Shown: positions 29,599-39,935 of the stretch, piece by piece
Position numbering within the stretch: position 1 is the stretch's first letter
How the letters are laid out: each line of letters begins with the position of its first letter
Assembly (NCBI GenBank): GCA_946415375.1
Contig: CAMKSF010000001.1
Location: 8,867 to 72,866 of the forward strand
DNA length: 64,000 bases
Origin: an uncultured Clostridia bacterium
GTDB taxonomy: Bacteria > Bacillota > Clostridia > TANB77 > CAG-508
Direction of reading: 5' to 3'
Notes under the pieces: model-generated
The model's input: the letters and a program-made list of their open reading frames with translations, nothing else
Told to the model about the DNA's origin: nothing
Database searches by the model: none
Position numbers and translations under genes: made by a program

Positions 29599-30318
29599 TT
29601 ATTTTGAAAAAAGAACCGTCCCCTTTTCCAAATATGTTGAAGGAATCTCTCCAACAACAATATGTTCAGCTATTAGCACACGATTTTCTATTGTTTTTTT
29701 CATTGTTTTAAATGATGTTAAAACACTCACATTTGTTTTTATTTCTAAATAAACTCTATGTATTGTTTGATTTACACCTTGTGATATAAATTCACTTTTT
29801 AAATTTGTGTCAATATTTCCTGATGAAGAAATATTCAGATTGATTCTTGGTCCAAATCCAGATAAATATTCTATTCCAGTGATTGCTCCACAAGGAATAT
29901 AAATATTATTATTTTGTTCACCATCTAATCTCTTTTGAATATTAATTGCAATGTCTGATGTTATTTGATTTATCTTTAATACATTTAGATTTATCATTTG
30001 TATGTTTCCTTTTTCACCTTTTTCTATTGTAAAAAAAGTATCATAGTTATATTTTTTCATTATATTAGTTGTTTCTTCATTTGTAATTAAAGTTGCAACA
30101 GATTTAGCTTTATCTTCACAAAGATTTTCAAATACTGGATTAATAAAATTCCAAACTGAAAAACATGTTACTATCGCTATTACAAGCGCTGTAAAAATAG
30201 GTGATGTTTTCTTTATTTTTCTTCTTAACATATGTCCCTTAGGATATTTTTTAAAATCTCCTATTTTTAATCTTGGTCTTGAATAGATTTTATAACTATT
30301 TTTAAGCTGATACTGCAT
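29599..30318 (-). CDS. yunB: sporulation protein YunB
   Basis: N-terminal TM helix, IPCGAITGIEYLSGFGPRINLNI block, about 240 aa, sporulation gene neighbourhood. Start set at the ATG after AAGGAAG. Confidence 0.6.
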   Translation of the reverse strand: MQYQLKNSYKIYSRPRLKIGDFKKYPKGHMLRRKIKKTSPIFTALVIAIVTCFSVWNFINPVFENLCEDKAKSVATLITNEETTNIMKKYNYDTFFTIEKGEKGNIQMINLNVLKINQITSDIAINIQKRLDGEQNNNIYIPCGAITGIEYLSGFGPRINLNISSSGNIDTNLKSEFISQGVNQTIHRVYLEIKTNVSVLTSFKTMKKTIENRVLIAEHIVVGEIPSTYLEKGTVLFSK

Positions 30319-31873
30319 TAACACTTCCTTTTCTTTTTACATATTTAAATTTTGGGATATATATTTTCTGCCCCACTTGAACTTGATTTGAGTTTTCTAT
30401 TCCATTCATTCTAACAATGCTATCTACAGTACTTCTGAATTTTTTAGCTATTTTCCACAATGTATCACCTTTTTGAACTATGTAAATAACTAAACTATCA
30501 TAATCATTTGTATTCTCTTCAATGTCTTGTATCTCTATATTATCTATTATATTTATAATTGTATTCTGCGAAAATTCTACTATAGCTTCCATATCAATTG
30601 TACATTCTATATCTCCATTTGATTTCACATCAAAATTTTTATTTATAATCCTTAGACTTGTATCTATATTCGCATCCTCATCTTGTACTGTATTTTCATC
30701 ATCAAACTCAAAAGAAATTTTTTGAATTTTACTATTTACATTTCCATTACTGTTTTGAAATATAAAATTAACACTTAATTCTCCCTCATTTATTAATTTT
30801 TCCTTCGTTTTTCTCTCCTTTAAAATAGATGTACTAATTTCAACATCTAATAGATTTCCATCAACTAAATCTGGTATATTCGTCTTACTAGTAATTGTAA
30901 AATTTTTATTTTTTGAAATATTATTTGATGTTGTATTTATCTTTTTCTGTGAAAATAACATGTTCAGAGTTGGACTATATAAATCTTGTATCAATGCAAT
31001 TTCTTTTTTTTCAAATGCCATGCAATTTGCTTCAATCTCAATCTCAACATATATTGAATGTTCTTCTGATGAATTAGGTCTTATTATTATATTATTTATT
31101 TCATTATTGGCTTCACAAATATTTTCTTCTGAAATATTAGGCATATCTATAAAACCAACAGCTGGTATTTTACTGGTTATAGTGTTTATTCTATTATCTT
31201 CTGTTAAATACATTACCTTTACATTAGCTTCACATTTAGAAAGAATCTTATTGTAACTTATTTTTATGTCACTATCTTCTAAACTTACTTCTGCTTTTAA
31301 TATCTCTGCTATTTCATCTCTCTCATCCACATTTATTGTATCTTTTAAATATACTTTTTGTTTTCCATTTCCTATTAAAGAATTAATCCAAATAGTATCA
31401 TCTAGTGTTTGAATATCTTTTATATTGTTAATACTTGTAACTATTTCAATATCTTCATTCGAATACAATTTAATTTTTATTTCTAATCCTGCTCTAACAG
31501 TAATTTTTCGTTCATTCAAAACTTTGCACTCTAAATCTTTTAATTCTATGCAAGTTTCTGCTAACATTCCCTCTTTACATTCGGGTATTGAAATGCTTTG
31601 TGAAAATTCAATTGAAGCATTTAACCCTCTTAAATTATCTTCCTTGCTATCAGGAAGATAAATTATATATGTATTTATGCATCCATCTATTTTTATCCTT
31701 TCATCCATAATCTCCTTTTTGTAAATACATACATTTCCATTTAAATTAATAGAATTTAAAATATCTGGTTTCGAATCGGGCACTATCATATCCTCTTCAA
31801 TAAATACTATTTCTTTTTTTTCACACACTAATTTATTAATACAAATCTGCTCCTTACTTACATCAATCTCCAT
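30302..31873 (-). CDS. DUF3794 (SPOCS)-repeat protein with C-terminal LysM domain (SipL/SpoVID-like coat morphogenetic candidate)
   Basis: N-terminal VPDSKPDILNSINLNGNV type DUF3794 block. C-terminal LysM YIVQKGDTLWKIAKKFRSTVDSIVRMNGIENSNQVQVGQKIYIP. Confidence 0.7.
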   Translation of the reverse strand: MEIDVSKEQICINKLVCEKKEIVFIEEDMIVPDSKPDILNSINLNGNVCIYKKEIMDERIKIDGCINTYIIYLPDSKEDNLRGLNASIEFSQSISIPECKEGMLAETCIELKDLECKVLNERKITVRAGLEIKIKLYSNEDIEIVTSINNIKDIQTLDDTIWINSLIGNGKQKVYLKDTINVDERDEIAEILKAEVSLEDSDIKISYNKILSKCEANVKVMYLTEDNRINTITSKIPAVGFIDMPNISEENICEANNEINNIIIRPNSSEEHSIYVEIEIEANCMAFEKKEIALIQDLYSPTLNMLFSQKKINTTSNNISKNKNFTITSKTNIPDLVDGNLLDVEISTSILKERKTKEKLINEGELSVNFIFQNSNGNVNSKIQKISFEFDDENTVQDEDANIDTSLRIINKNFDVKSNGDIECTIDMEAIVEFSQNTIINIIDNIEIQDIEENTNDYDSLVIYIVQKGDTLWKIAKKFRSTVDSIVRMNGIENSNQVQVGQKIYIPKFKYVKRKGSVNAVSA

Positions 31874-31997
31874 ACTTTTCCTCCTTGTAAATTATTTTAG
31901 TTTGTACATTTATATTTAGTATATTGGTAATATATTCATAAATTTATCAGAATTTGATGTATTCTTTTAAATAATTCTCTTTCTTGCATAATTAAAA

Positions 31998-32033
31998 TAG
32001 ACATATGATTATTTATATTAATCATATGTCTAT
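31998..32033 (-). terminator. rho-independent terminator after the CBS gene
   Basis: Perfect 15-bp stem ATAGACATATGATTA / TAATCATATGTCTAT with a T-tract downstream on the minus strand. Confidence 0.7.
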
Positions 32034-32062
32034 ATTTCTTTTAGTTATCTATTATTCAGTTT

Positions 32063-32512
32063 CTATCCGCAATTTTTACTACTTCCTTGACAATTACAAA
32101 TATTTTCTATTGTTGTACTTACATTTTGTTGTCCTATTTTTTTATCATTTTTTGCCAAATCTCCCATTGTTAAAATCCCCACTATTTTTTTAGCTTTATC
32201 TACAATAGGAAGCCTTCTTATCTGATTTTGAGCCATTAAGTTTTGTGCCTCAGTTATCTCTTTTTCAGGATTACATGTATAAACATTTGTTGTCATAATC
32301 TCACTAACTGGTGTTGTCTTTGTTTCTTTATTACATGCTACTGCCCTAAGTAAGATATCCCTATCTGTTAGTATTCCTACTACTGACTTCTGTTCATCAC
32401 ATACCGGAATACATCCAATATGATTTTCGCACATTATCCTTGCTGCATCATAAGTATTACAATTAGGTTTTACAAAACAAACATCTTTACTCATACATTC
32501 ACTTATCTTCAT
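32063..32512 (-). CDS. CBS-domain pair protein
   Basis: Two CBS repeats (IGCIPVCDEQKSVVGILTDRDIL; IRRLPIVDKAKKIVGILTMGDL). 149 aa. Confidence 0.8.
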   Translation of the reverse strand: MKISECMSKDVCFVKPNCNTYDAARIMCENHIGCIPVCDEQKSVVGILTDRDILLRAVACNKETKTTPVSEIMTTNVYTCNPEKEITEAQNLMAQNQIRRLPIVDKAKKIVGILTMGDLAKNDKKIGQQNVSTTIENICNCQGSSKNCG

Positions 32513-32619
32513 TTTTTATCCACCTTTCTAATTTATTATTTCTTATATTTTTTACAATTTCAAAAAAAATATGCAAAAAAAAACACCATTTGATTATACA
32601 AATAGTGATTTTTTTAAAA

Positions 32620-32823
32620 TTATGCAAGACCATATTTTTTCTTGAATTTATCTGCTCTACTTCCTGCTGTATCTTGTCTCATCAAATTACCTGTCCAAAA
32701 TGGATGGCATTTAGAACAAACATCTACTTTTATATCTTTTTTTGTTGATCCTACTTTCATAACATTTCCACAAGCACATGTTATTGTTGTTTCTCCATAT
32801 TCTGGATGTATTCCTTCTCTCAT
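32620..32823 (-). CDS. rpmE: 50S ribosomal protein L31 (Zn-ribbon type)
   Basis: MREGIHPEY...CACGN...CSKCHPFWTG. Confidence 0.92.
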   Translation of the reverse strand: MREGIHPEYGETTITCACGNVMKVGSTKKDIKVDVCSKCHPFWTGNLMRQDTAGSRADKFKKKYGLA

Positions 32824-32905
32824 GAAAATTCACCTCTTTCTTCCTCTTTTTAAACTGCTAATATCTATCATACCACAATATTAAAATAATTTCAAGTGTT
32901 TTATT

Positions 32906-33079
32906 CTATTTTATTACATTTTCTTCAGTTTCATATTTATATTCATTATACATATATCTTGCAGAAGACAAAATTTCAGTATTAAACGATACTTTATGTA
33001 CTAGCTTTGATACTATATTAAACAAACAAGCAACTACCAATATTGCTATACAAACTTTTTTCCAAACTTTTGCTAACAT
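32906..33079 (-). CDS. small (57 aa) membrane protein, hypothetical
   Basis: Below the ORF-track cutoff. ATG preceded by AAAAGGAGAAATAAT. Translation MLAKVWKKVCIAILVVACLFNIVSKLV...TEENVIK* with one TM helix. Confidence 0.45.
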   Translation of the reverse strand: MLAKVWKKVCIAILVVACLFNIVSKLVHKVSFNTEILSSARYMYNEYKYETEENVIK

Positions 33080-33192
33080 ATTATTTCTCCTTTTATTTTT
33101 AAAAATCTATCAATTTAATTATACTATCTTTTTTATAATTGTCAAGTTTTCTTTATTTCTACTTTTAATAGTCTTTCTGAAAATAAATATAT

Positions 33193-34347
33193 TTATATCT
33201 TACTCGCTTTACTTGCAGGTCCCTCTTTAATTTCAATTTCATTATTCTCTATAATTGATTCAAAAAGTTTAACTAAATTCTCTGCCCCCATCTTTGCAGT
33301 CCACTTTTCTGTAATAAATGTATATGCATTTTTACTTAGTTTTTTTCTTAATTCTTTATTATCTATAACCAATTTTACGGCATTTTCTAGTTCTTGATAC
33401 GAGCTATATATAATTCCTGTATCTTTATCTTTTATTAAAAATGGTACTGATCCCATTTTTTTATTTGCAATAACAACACATCCTGCATTCATCGATTCGT
33501 TTACAACTGCTCCCCAGCCTTCATTGCTATCACTTGTTCCTATAAAGATATTTGCTTTTTCATAATAATCTTTTACTTTATCACTTGGAACTTGTCCTAC
33601 AATTTCTACTACATCATCAATTTTATAGTCTTTTACCTTTCTTTTCATTTCTTCTTCAAGTTCTCCTGCCCCAAGCATTTTTAACTTAAAATTATATTTT
33701 TGCTCTTTTAGTTTTTTAGCTAAGAATAATGCAATTTCAGGATGTTTCCATTTTATAAATCTAGCTACCCAAACAATTTCCATTTTTTCATTTTTTTCTT
33801 TTTCTTCAATCAGTTTATCTATATCGTAATGATTTGTTTCTAAAAAATATCCCCATTTATACATCTTATTTTTATATAGTCCTAATGCTCCAAAGTCATT
33901 GGCTCCATATGCATTAGCGCATAACATATACAAGTTCTTATTATTCCTATATTTAAGATGTCTTTGATATAGCAAATGCCATTTTTCTTTGTTAAGTATT
34001 GTCTTCCAAAATCCATCTGTAAAAAGCAAAATTCTTGAACGATATCTAAAAGTTATTTTATCAGCTTTTAGTCTGTCTTCTATTAAATCATCAGTTGTAG
34101 ATCCAATAATAACTATATCACTTTCATCAGCAAGTTTTTTTGCCTTTGCATATTCTTCATCATTTTCATATGCTCTTACCACAAAATCATATTCTTGATC
34201 TAAATCTTTAAATCCTAAATCAAGCCTCCATTGAAATATTTTTACTGTAGATACAAATTTAAAATCATTACCTAATAGTTTTTGCATTTCTAAACAGAAT
34301 GGTACTTGATGATGTGTTAAAAAATTCGAATAAAAAGTTACTTTCAT
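33193..34347 (-). CDS. GT-B (family 4-like) glycosyltransferase
   Basis: C-terminal EGWGAVVNESMNAGCVVIA (E-x7-E motif region). 384 aa; abuts the GT2 gene. Confidence 0.75.
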   Translation of the reverse strand: MKVTFYSNFLTHHQVPFCLEMQKLLGNDFKFVSTVKIFQWRLDLGFKDLDQEYDFVVRAYENDEEYAKAKKLADESDIVIIGSTTDDLIEDRLKADKITFRYRSRILLFTDGFWKTILNKEKWHLLYQRHLKYRNNKNLYMLCANAYGANDFGALGLYKNKMYKWGYFLETNHYDIDKLIEEKEKNEKMEIVWVARFIKWKHPEIALFLAKKLKEQKYNFKLKMLGAGELEEEMKRKVKDYKIDDVVEIVGQVPSDKVKDYYEKANIFIGTSDSNEGWGAVVNESMNAGCVVIANKKMGSVPFLIKDKDTGIIYSSYQELENAVKLVIDNKELRKKLSKNAYTFITEKWTAKMGAENLVKLFESIIENNEIEIKEGPASKASKI

Positions 34348-34349
34348 AT

Positions 34350-35408
34350 TTATTCCTCCATCATTTTCTTATATAAATCTTTACTGAGTGCATGCATATT
34401 TTCTCTTTCTAAATCATTAATACTTTTTCTATACTCTTTTGCTTCTTTAATCATTTCTATACTTTCTTCATAATCTTTTCTATTAATACTATTAACTATA
34501 TTTTGCAATCTATCATCAAGCACAGCTATATTATATGTTTCTTTTTGTTCAAAATACCATCCTAATTTTTTTAGTGTTTCTATCATTTCTTCATCCTGCA
34601 AAGAACTTGTATCTATTATTTTACATAACATATATGGCATTACCCTTGCATAAAAGAATCTATAAAATCCAATGTTATCTGTAGTTTTAAAGCTTTCAAA
34701 TAGATTTAAGTATGCTTCATTTAATTTTTCAAAATATTTTAAATCACAATTTGTAGATATTGAAACATTCTCAGGGTTTTGTCTATAGTTATATATTATA
34801 TCATTTATATAATAACCTTTATCTGTATGAGTATAACAATATATTGAAAATATTGCATCTTCCGCTATTGCTTTCGGAATAAATCTCAATTTATGTTCTT
34901 CTATAAAGCTTCTTTTAAATATTTTGTTCCAAACAACTGAATTCATTACAAAGAACGACTTTTTATAGTCAGTGGTTTCTATTTTAAAATCATCAAATGA
35001 TGCTTGATCAAATACAGGGTCATCCCACTTCTCTCCCTCATATGTAATATGTATATAATTTCCTATTACATAATCTGCATCTGTTCTTTTTATTTCATTG
35101 TATAATAACTCACAAGTATTTTCTTCATATAAGTCATCTGCATCAATAAACATTATATATTCACCTGTTGCCTTGTCTAATCCTGCATTTCTAGCTTCAG
35201 ATATTCCTTTATTTTCTTGATGTATAACTATTACTCTTCTATCGCTTTTAGCATATTCTTCAAATATTTCTCCTGTTGAATCCTTTGAGCCATCATCAAC
35301 TAATATTATCTCTAAATTCGTATATGTTTGATTCATCACAGACTCAATACATTCTCTTGCAAATTTTTCTGCATTATATCCTGGTACAATTATTGATATC
35401 TTTTCCAT
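34350..35408 (-). CDS. family 2 glycosyltransferase
   Basis: ISIIVPGYNAEKF, VDDGSKD and IDADD motifs. Confidence 0.82.
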   Translation of the reverse strand: MEKISIIVPGYNAEKFARECIESVMNQTYTNLEIILVDDGSKDSTGEIFEEYAKSDRRVIVIHQENKGISEARNAGLDKATGEYIMFIDADDLYEENTCELLYNEIKRTDADYVIGNYIHITYEGEKWDDPVFDQASFDDFKIETTDYKKSFFVMNSVVWNKIFKRSFIEEHKLRFIPKAIAEDAIFSIYCYTHTDKGYYINDIIYNYRQNPENVSISTNCDLKYFEKLNEAYLNLFESFKTTDNIGFYRFFYARVMPYMLCKIIDTSSLQDEEMIETLKKLGWYFEQKETYNIAVLDDRLQNIVNSINRKDYEESIEMIKEAKEYRKSINDLERENMHALSKDLYKKMMEE

Positions 35409-35569
35409 TACTACCCTCCATTTACAATTTGTATAATTATATCATAAAATTATAATTTTCTCAACATTTTTCGTATAAAAACTATAAAATAGCAAAAAAA
35501 GAAAAAATTATAATTGATTGAATCTCTTCAAACAATTATAATTTTTTACATACATATGCTATTCTTTGT

Positions 35570-36154
35570 TTAAAATGTATAATACATTATATCATCAACA
35601 AAAATTCCATGTGGGAAATATATTTGATGTGTTTTTGTGTTTATAACATATAGTTCATCTTCTATCAAATCTTTACTTCCTTCTTCAGTGCCATCATTAG
35701 CTGGATTAAAGACTTTCCCTTCTTTCTTAACTCTCATATATTCTGTATCATATCCATATGTTAAAGTTATAAAATCTAATTTTTCTAAATCAATAACAAT
35801 GTAATCATCACTATCATGTATATTAGGTTGTACATTTAGCACTGCATTTCTAGCTTCTGCTTTTTCCATTAAACTATTTCTAAAATCTGTTGTATTGTGG
35901 AAATTTGATGCATCTGGAGCTGAAGAATCAGCTTTAGTTGTGTAATCACACAGTTTAGGTAACTCTCCATATTTTAAATAATACTCATCTACTTTTGCAT
36001 TTAAAACTTCTATGTCATTATTTAAATTATGAATAGATTTCATTTGTAATTGGTTTTGAGTATTATATATCATTGCTGCAGTAATTATTAAAATAATAAT
36101 TACTGTAAGAATTAATGATATAAGTGTTAATCCTTTGTTATTTTTAACATTCAT
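35570..36154 (-). CDS. type IV pilin-like (prepilin-type N-terminus) protein lacking Glu+5
   Basis: MNVKNNKG-LTLISLILTVIIILII resembles the G/FTLIE class III signal, but Ser replaces the conserved Glu. The ATG is 2 nt after the Lon-like stop, with the RBS inside that gene. Confidence 0.5.
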   Translation of the reverse strand: MNVKNNKGLTLISLILTVIIILIITAAMIYNTQNQLQMKSIHNLNNDIEVLNAKVDEYYLKYGELPKLCDYTTKADSSAPDASNFHNTTDFRNSLMEKAEARNAVLNVQPNIHDSDDYIVIDLEKLDFITLTYGYDTEYMRVKKEGKVFNPANDGTEEGSKDLIEDELYVINTKTHQIYFPHGIFVDDIMYYTF

Positions 36155-36156
36155 AA

Positions 36157-38565
36157 TTATTCATCCTTCATTTCATTTTTTCTTTTTCCAACTTTTGAAT
36201 ACTTTTTTAACTTTTCATTAACCAAATAGTTTACAGTTCCTGCCGGATAGTTGCCCATTCTATTTTTCTTTCCTGCTGGAACCCCTGTTAAAACTTCTAT
36301 TCCTTCATCTATATTTGACACAGCATAAATTGTAAATAATCCATTTTTACAACTTTCTACTATTTCATCTGGAAGTTGTAAATTTCTAACATTTTGAGTT
36401 GGAATCATTACTCCATGTGACCCATCTAATCCACGCATTTTGCATATTTGATAGAATCCTTCTATTTTTTCATTTACTCCACCTATTGGTTGTATTTCTC
36501 CTTTTTGATTTACAGAACCTGTAACTGCAATTGATTGATTAATTGGCATTTCAGATAGACTTGATAGTAATCCATAAAGTTCTGTACTTGATGCACTATC
36601 TCCATCTACTCCATTATATAGCTGTTCAAAGCAAATGCTTGCTGTTAAATTAAGCGGAATATCCTGTGCAAATCTTTCTCCTAAAAATCCTGAAAGGATA
36701 AGTACTCCTTTTGAATGGGTTGTTCCAGACATTTCGACTTCCCTTTCTATGTTTATTATTCCATCTTTTCCAGAATAAGTATTTACCGTTATTTTAACTG
36801 GCTTTCCAAACGTGTAATCACCTATCGACATTACTGTAAGTCCATTTAATTCTCCAACTTTATTTCCTGATGTATTTATTAAAAGACTATCATCCTTAAT
36901 CATTTGAGCATATCTTTCATCATATTTCTTAACTCTATCTTTACTTTCTTTTAATGCCTTTTCAACAAAACTCTCTGTTATTATTTTTGACCTAGCCATT
37001 TTTGCCCATGTTGCTGCTTCTGCAACAACCATAAAAATATCATTAAATGCTGTTGATATTTTCCTTTGATCTCCAACTGTTCTCGATGCATATTCAACGA
37101 TTCTTGCTACTGCATATTTATCTAATGGTGCTAATTCTTCTTGAACACAATAACCATTTATTATTCTTGCTAAATTATTAACATTCTCCTTATTAATTGG
37201 TGCTTCATCTTCCCATTCTACTTTAATTTTAAATAGCTTTCTAAAATCAACATCCATAGAGAATAAAGTATAATAAATATTTGCATCCCCTATAAGTATA
37301 ACTTTTAAGTCTAATGGTATTGGCTCAGGCTTTAGTGAAACCATAACCATTGAACTCCTCTGTTCATTTGCATTATCTATTGATATTTCTTTTATTCTTA
37401 ATACTTTTTTCAAATTCTCATAACAAGCAGGATTTTGTAATAAATCTTTTGCCTGGAACATAATATATCCACCATTAGCTTTTTGTAAAAGTCCTGCCTG
37501 AAGCATAGTATAATCTGTCTTTAACGCACCATAATAGTTTTCATATTCTAGCTTTCCAAAAATATTGCTATAAGTATAATTCCAATCCATTATTACTGGT
37601 GCACCTTTTAAATAGCTATTATCAACAAATAAATTTACTCTATAGTTTAAACATGGATCAGCTTGTTGTTGCATAGGATTAGGTTGCCCCCCTTGAGGAA
37701 GCGAAGCTTTTTCTTCTTCTAAAAATTTAGGTACATTTTTTAACACATCTTGTTTTACTTCATTTAAAAAATTGTTTATTTTTTTGTTTCTTTTATATTT
37801 TGACTTTAAAAAGTTTATATGAACATTTACTGTTAAAAGTGCAACATTAGATTGCCATTCTGCTATTTTTTTATCTGATTCTCTTTCAATATTTTTTATT
37901 TCTCCAATTGCATCCATTATCATTTGTTGTACTACTTCTGACTTTTGTTCATATTCAGCTTTAATACTTTCGTCTAACTTATCGAATTCCTCTTCTTTCA
38001 AAGCTTTTCCATCCAAAATCGGCATCATATATATACCATTTTGAGCTGATTTTACCTGAAAATTAAATTTAGCAGCTTCTTTTTCAAGTCTTCCCATTAA
38101 TACTTCTCTTTTTTCTTCATATTGTTTTTTTATTAAATCTTTTTCTTTTTCAAAATCATCATTATTAAAAGTGGCTTTTATATCTTTTTTTATTTCTTTT
38201 ATAAAGCCATCCATACTATCTTTAAATTCTTTTCCTTGTCCTGCTGGAAGACTTACTGCTATTGGCTCATTTGGATTACTAAAATTATATATATAGCACC
38301 AATCTTGTGGAACCTTTTTCTTAGGTGCAATCCTATCTAAATAGTTTTTTGTGTACATTGTTTTCCCGACTCCACTTGGTCCTTCTATATATAGGTTATA
38401 TCCTTTTCCTTCTACATTAACTCCAAATTCTAGTGCCTTTATCCCTCTTTCTTGTCCAATTCCTGTCTCTATATGTTCAAGATTCTCTGTTGTTTCAAAA
38501 TCAAACCAATTTGGATCACAAGTCATTTTTAAGCTTCTGTGGTTTACTTCATATTTGTTCTTCAT
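36157..38565 (-). CDS. Lon-like ATP-dependent protease (AAA_32 + Lon C-terminal protease domain type)
   Basis: Walker A GPSGVGKT. Long helical insert. C-terminal Lon protease domain with DGDSASSTELYGLLSSLS (catalytic Ser region) and GGVNEKIEGF. Confidence 0.8.
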   Translation of the reverse strand: MKNKYEVNHRSLKMTCDPNWFDFETTENLEHIETGIGQERGIKALEFGVNVEGKGYNLYIEGPSGVGKTMYTKNYLDRIAPKKKVPQDWCYIYNFSNPNEPIAVSLPAGQGKEFKDSMDGFIKEIKKDIKATFNNDDFEKEKDLIKKQYEEKREVLMGRLEKEAAKFNFQVKSAQNGIYMMPILDGKALKEEEFDKLDESIKAEYEQKSEVVQQMIMDAIGEIKNIERESDKKIAEWQSNVALLTVNVHINFLKSKYKRNKKINNFLNEVKQDVLKNVPKFLEEEKASLPQGGQPNPMQQQADPCLNYRVNLFVDNSYLKGAPVIMDWNYTYSNIFGKLEYENYYGALKTDYTMLQAGLLQKANGGYIMFQAKDLLQNPACYENLKKVLRIKEISIDNANEQRSSMVMVSLKPEPIPLDLKVILIGDANIYYTLFSMDVDFRKLFKIKVEWEDEAPINKENVNNLARIINGYCVQEELAPLDKYAVARIVEYASRTVGDQRKISTAFNDIFMVVAEAATWAKMARSKIITESFVEKALKESKDRVKKYDERYAQMIKDDSLLINTSGNKVGELNGLTVMSIGDYTFGKPVKITVNTYSGKDGIINIEREVEMSGTTHSKGVLILSGFLGERFAQDIPLNLTASICFEQLYNGVDGDSASSTELYGLLSSLSEMPINQSIAVTGSVNQKGEIQPIGGVNEKIEGFYQICKMRGLDGSHGVMIPTQNVRNLQLPDEIVESCKNGLFTIYAVSNIDEGIEVLTGVPAGKKNRMGNYPAGTVNYLVNEKLKKYSKVGKRKNEMKDE

Positions 38566-38756
38566 TAGTTACCTCCAATCTTTCAATTGTATTATATACA
38601 AATTGATATTTTTTATCAAGTAATATTCAAAAAATATTTATATTTTTTCTCACCTATTGTCTTAGAACAAAATAATTAATTCATAACTATTAAATTTAAC
38701 TTGTAATTTGAACTGTTTTGTAGTAATATATATACATAAAAGAATTGGAGGAAGCA

Positions 38757-39236
38757 ATGTATAAAATAGAAATTATATCAAATGATACCGAACAGACATT
38801 AAAATTAGGCTGTGCTTTTGCAAGTCTTCTTAATAAAGGAGATATCATTGTTTTAACTGGAGAATTAGGTTCAGGCAAAACAAAATTTGTAGAAGGAGTT
38901 CTAAAAAACTTTGGATTAGAAGATGAAATTTCAAGTCCAACCTTTACAATTATTAATGAATATACCAAAAATGATATTAACATATATCATTTCGATGCAT
39001 ATAGATTAGAAGATTCTGATGAATTTTACGCTATTGGTGGAGAAGAATACTTTGAAAAGGGCATTTGTTTAATAGAGTGGGGCGAATTAATTTCTGATGT
39101 TTTACCTAAGGATTATATTCATATAAATATAAATAAAGATGAAACAAATGAAAATAAGAGAATATTTTGTTTTGAAATAAATGATGATTCAAAATATATT
39201 GATGTTTTAAACAAATTAAAGGAGGATTTAAATTGA
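38757..39236 (+). CDS. tsaE: tRNA t6A37 biosynthesis ATPase TsaE
   Basis: GDIIVLTGELGSGKTKFV P-loop and HFDAYRL block. Start at the ATG after GGAGGA. Confidence 0.88.
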   Translation: MYKIEIISNDTEQTLKLGCAFASLLNKGDIIVLTGELGSGKTKFVEGVLKNFGLEDEISSPTFTIINEYTKNDINIYHFDAYRLEDSDEFYAIGGEEYFEKGICLIEWGELISDVLPKDYIHININKDETNENKRIFCFEINDDSKYIDVLNKLKEDLN

Positions 39237-39919
39237 AAATATTAAGTATAGATACATCTAGTAGACTATGTGGTATTGCAGTTTTAGAAAATGAAAATAT
39301 AATAAAAGAAGTATCACAAAACAATGGGCTTACGCATTCTGAAACTTTAATGCCCATTATAAAAGAATCATTAGAACATTTAAACCTAAATTTACATGAT
39401 ATTGATTTATTAGTTTGTGATAAAGGTCCTGGTTCTTTTACTGGGATTCGTATTGGAGTTGCAACAGTCAAAGCATTTTCAGATAGCTTAAATATCCAAG
39501 CAATTGGAATAAGTTCATTAGAAGCATTAGCATATAATGTAAAAGAAAACGGTGTCATTTGTTCACTTATTGACGCTAAAAATGATAATGTTTATGTTAG
39601 TGTATTTGAAAACATAAATGGTAACTATATTTTAAGACGTAATTACTCTGCTGAAAATATAAATGATTTACTAGATGAATTAAAAATAGTAGAATATTCA
39701 ATTACCTTTGTTGGAGATGGCGCTGTAAATTACAAGTCAATAATCACTTCCGCATTACCTAACAAATGTAGTTTTATAGAAAACAATACCCTGTCTGCAT
39801 ATAATTTAGGTCTTGCAGGTTTGTCACATTATAAAAAAGAACAATTTGATGATGTAGCACCTCTATATCTTCGCAAACCACAAGCAGAAAGAATGTTAGA
39901 AAATAAAAATGAAACATAG
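39233..39919 (+). CDS. tsaB: tRNA t6A37 biosynthesis protein TsaB
   Basis: MKILSIDTSS...GPGSFTGIRIGVATVKA. ATGA-type overlap with tsaE. Confidence 0.88.
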   Translation: MKILSIDTSSRLCGIAVLENENIIKEVSQNNGLTHSETLMPIIKESLEHLNLNLHDIDLLVCDKGPGSFTGIRIGVATVKAFSDSLNIQAIGISSLEALAYNVKENGVICSLIDAKNDNVYVSVFENINGNYILRRNYSAENINDLLDELKIVEYSITFVGDGAVNYKSIITSALPNKCSFIENNTLSAYNLGLAGLSHYKKEQFDDVAPLYLRKPQAERMLENKNET

Positions 39920-39935
39920 TTGGAGAAATAAATTA

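Noticed and set aside
39106-39558. 150-aa minus-strand ORF across the tsaE/tsaB junction (also 38696-38983)
   Set aside because: Both are antisense to well-supported tsaE and tsaB genes, so they are shadow ORFs.
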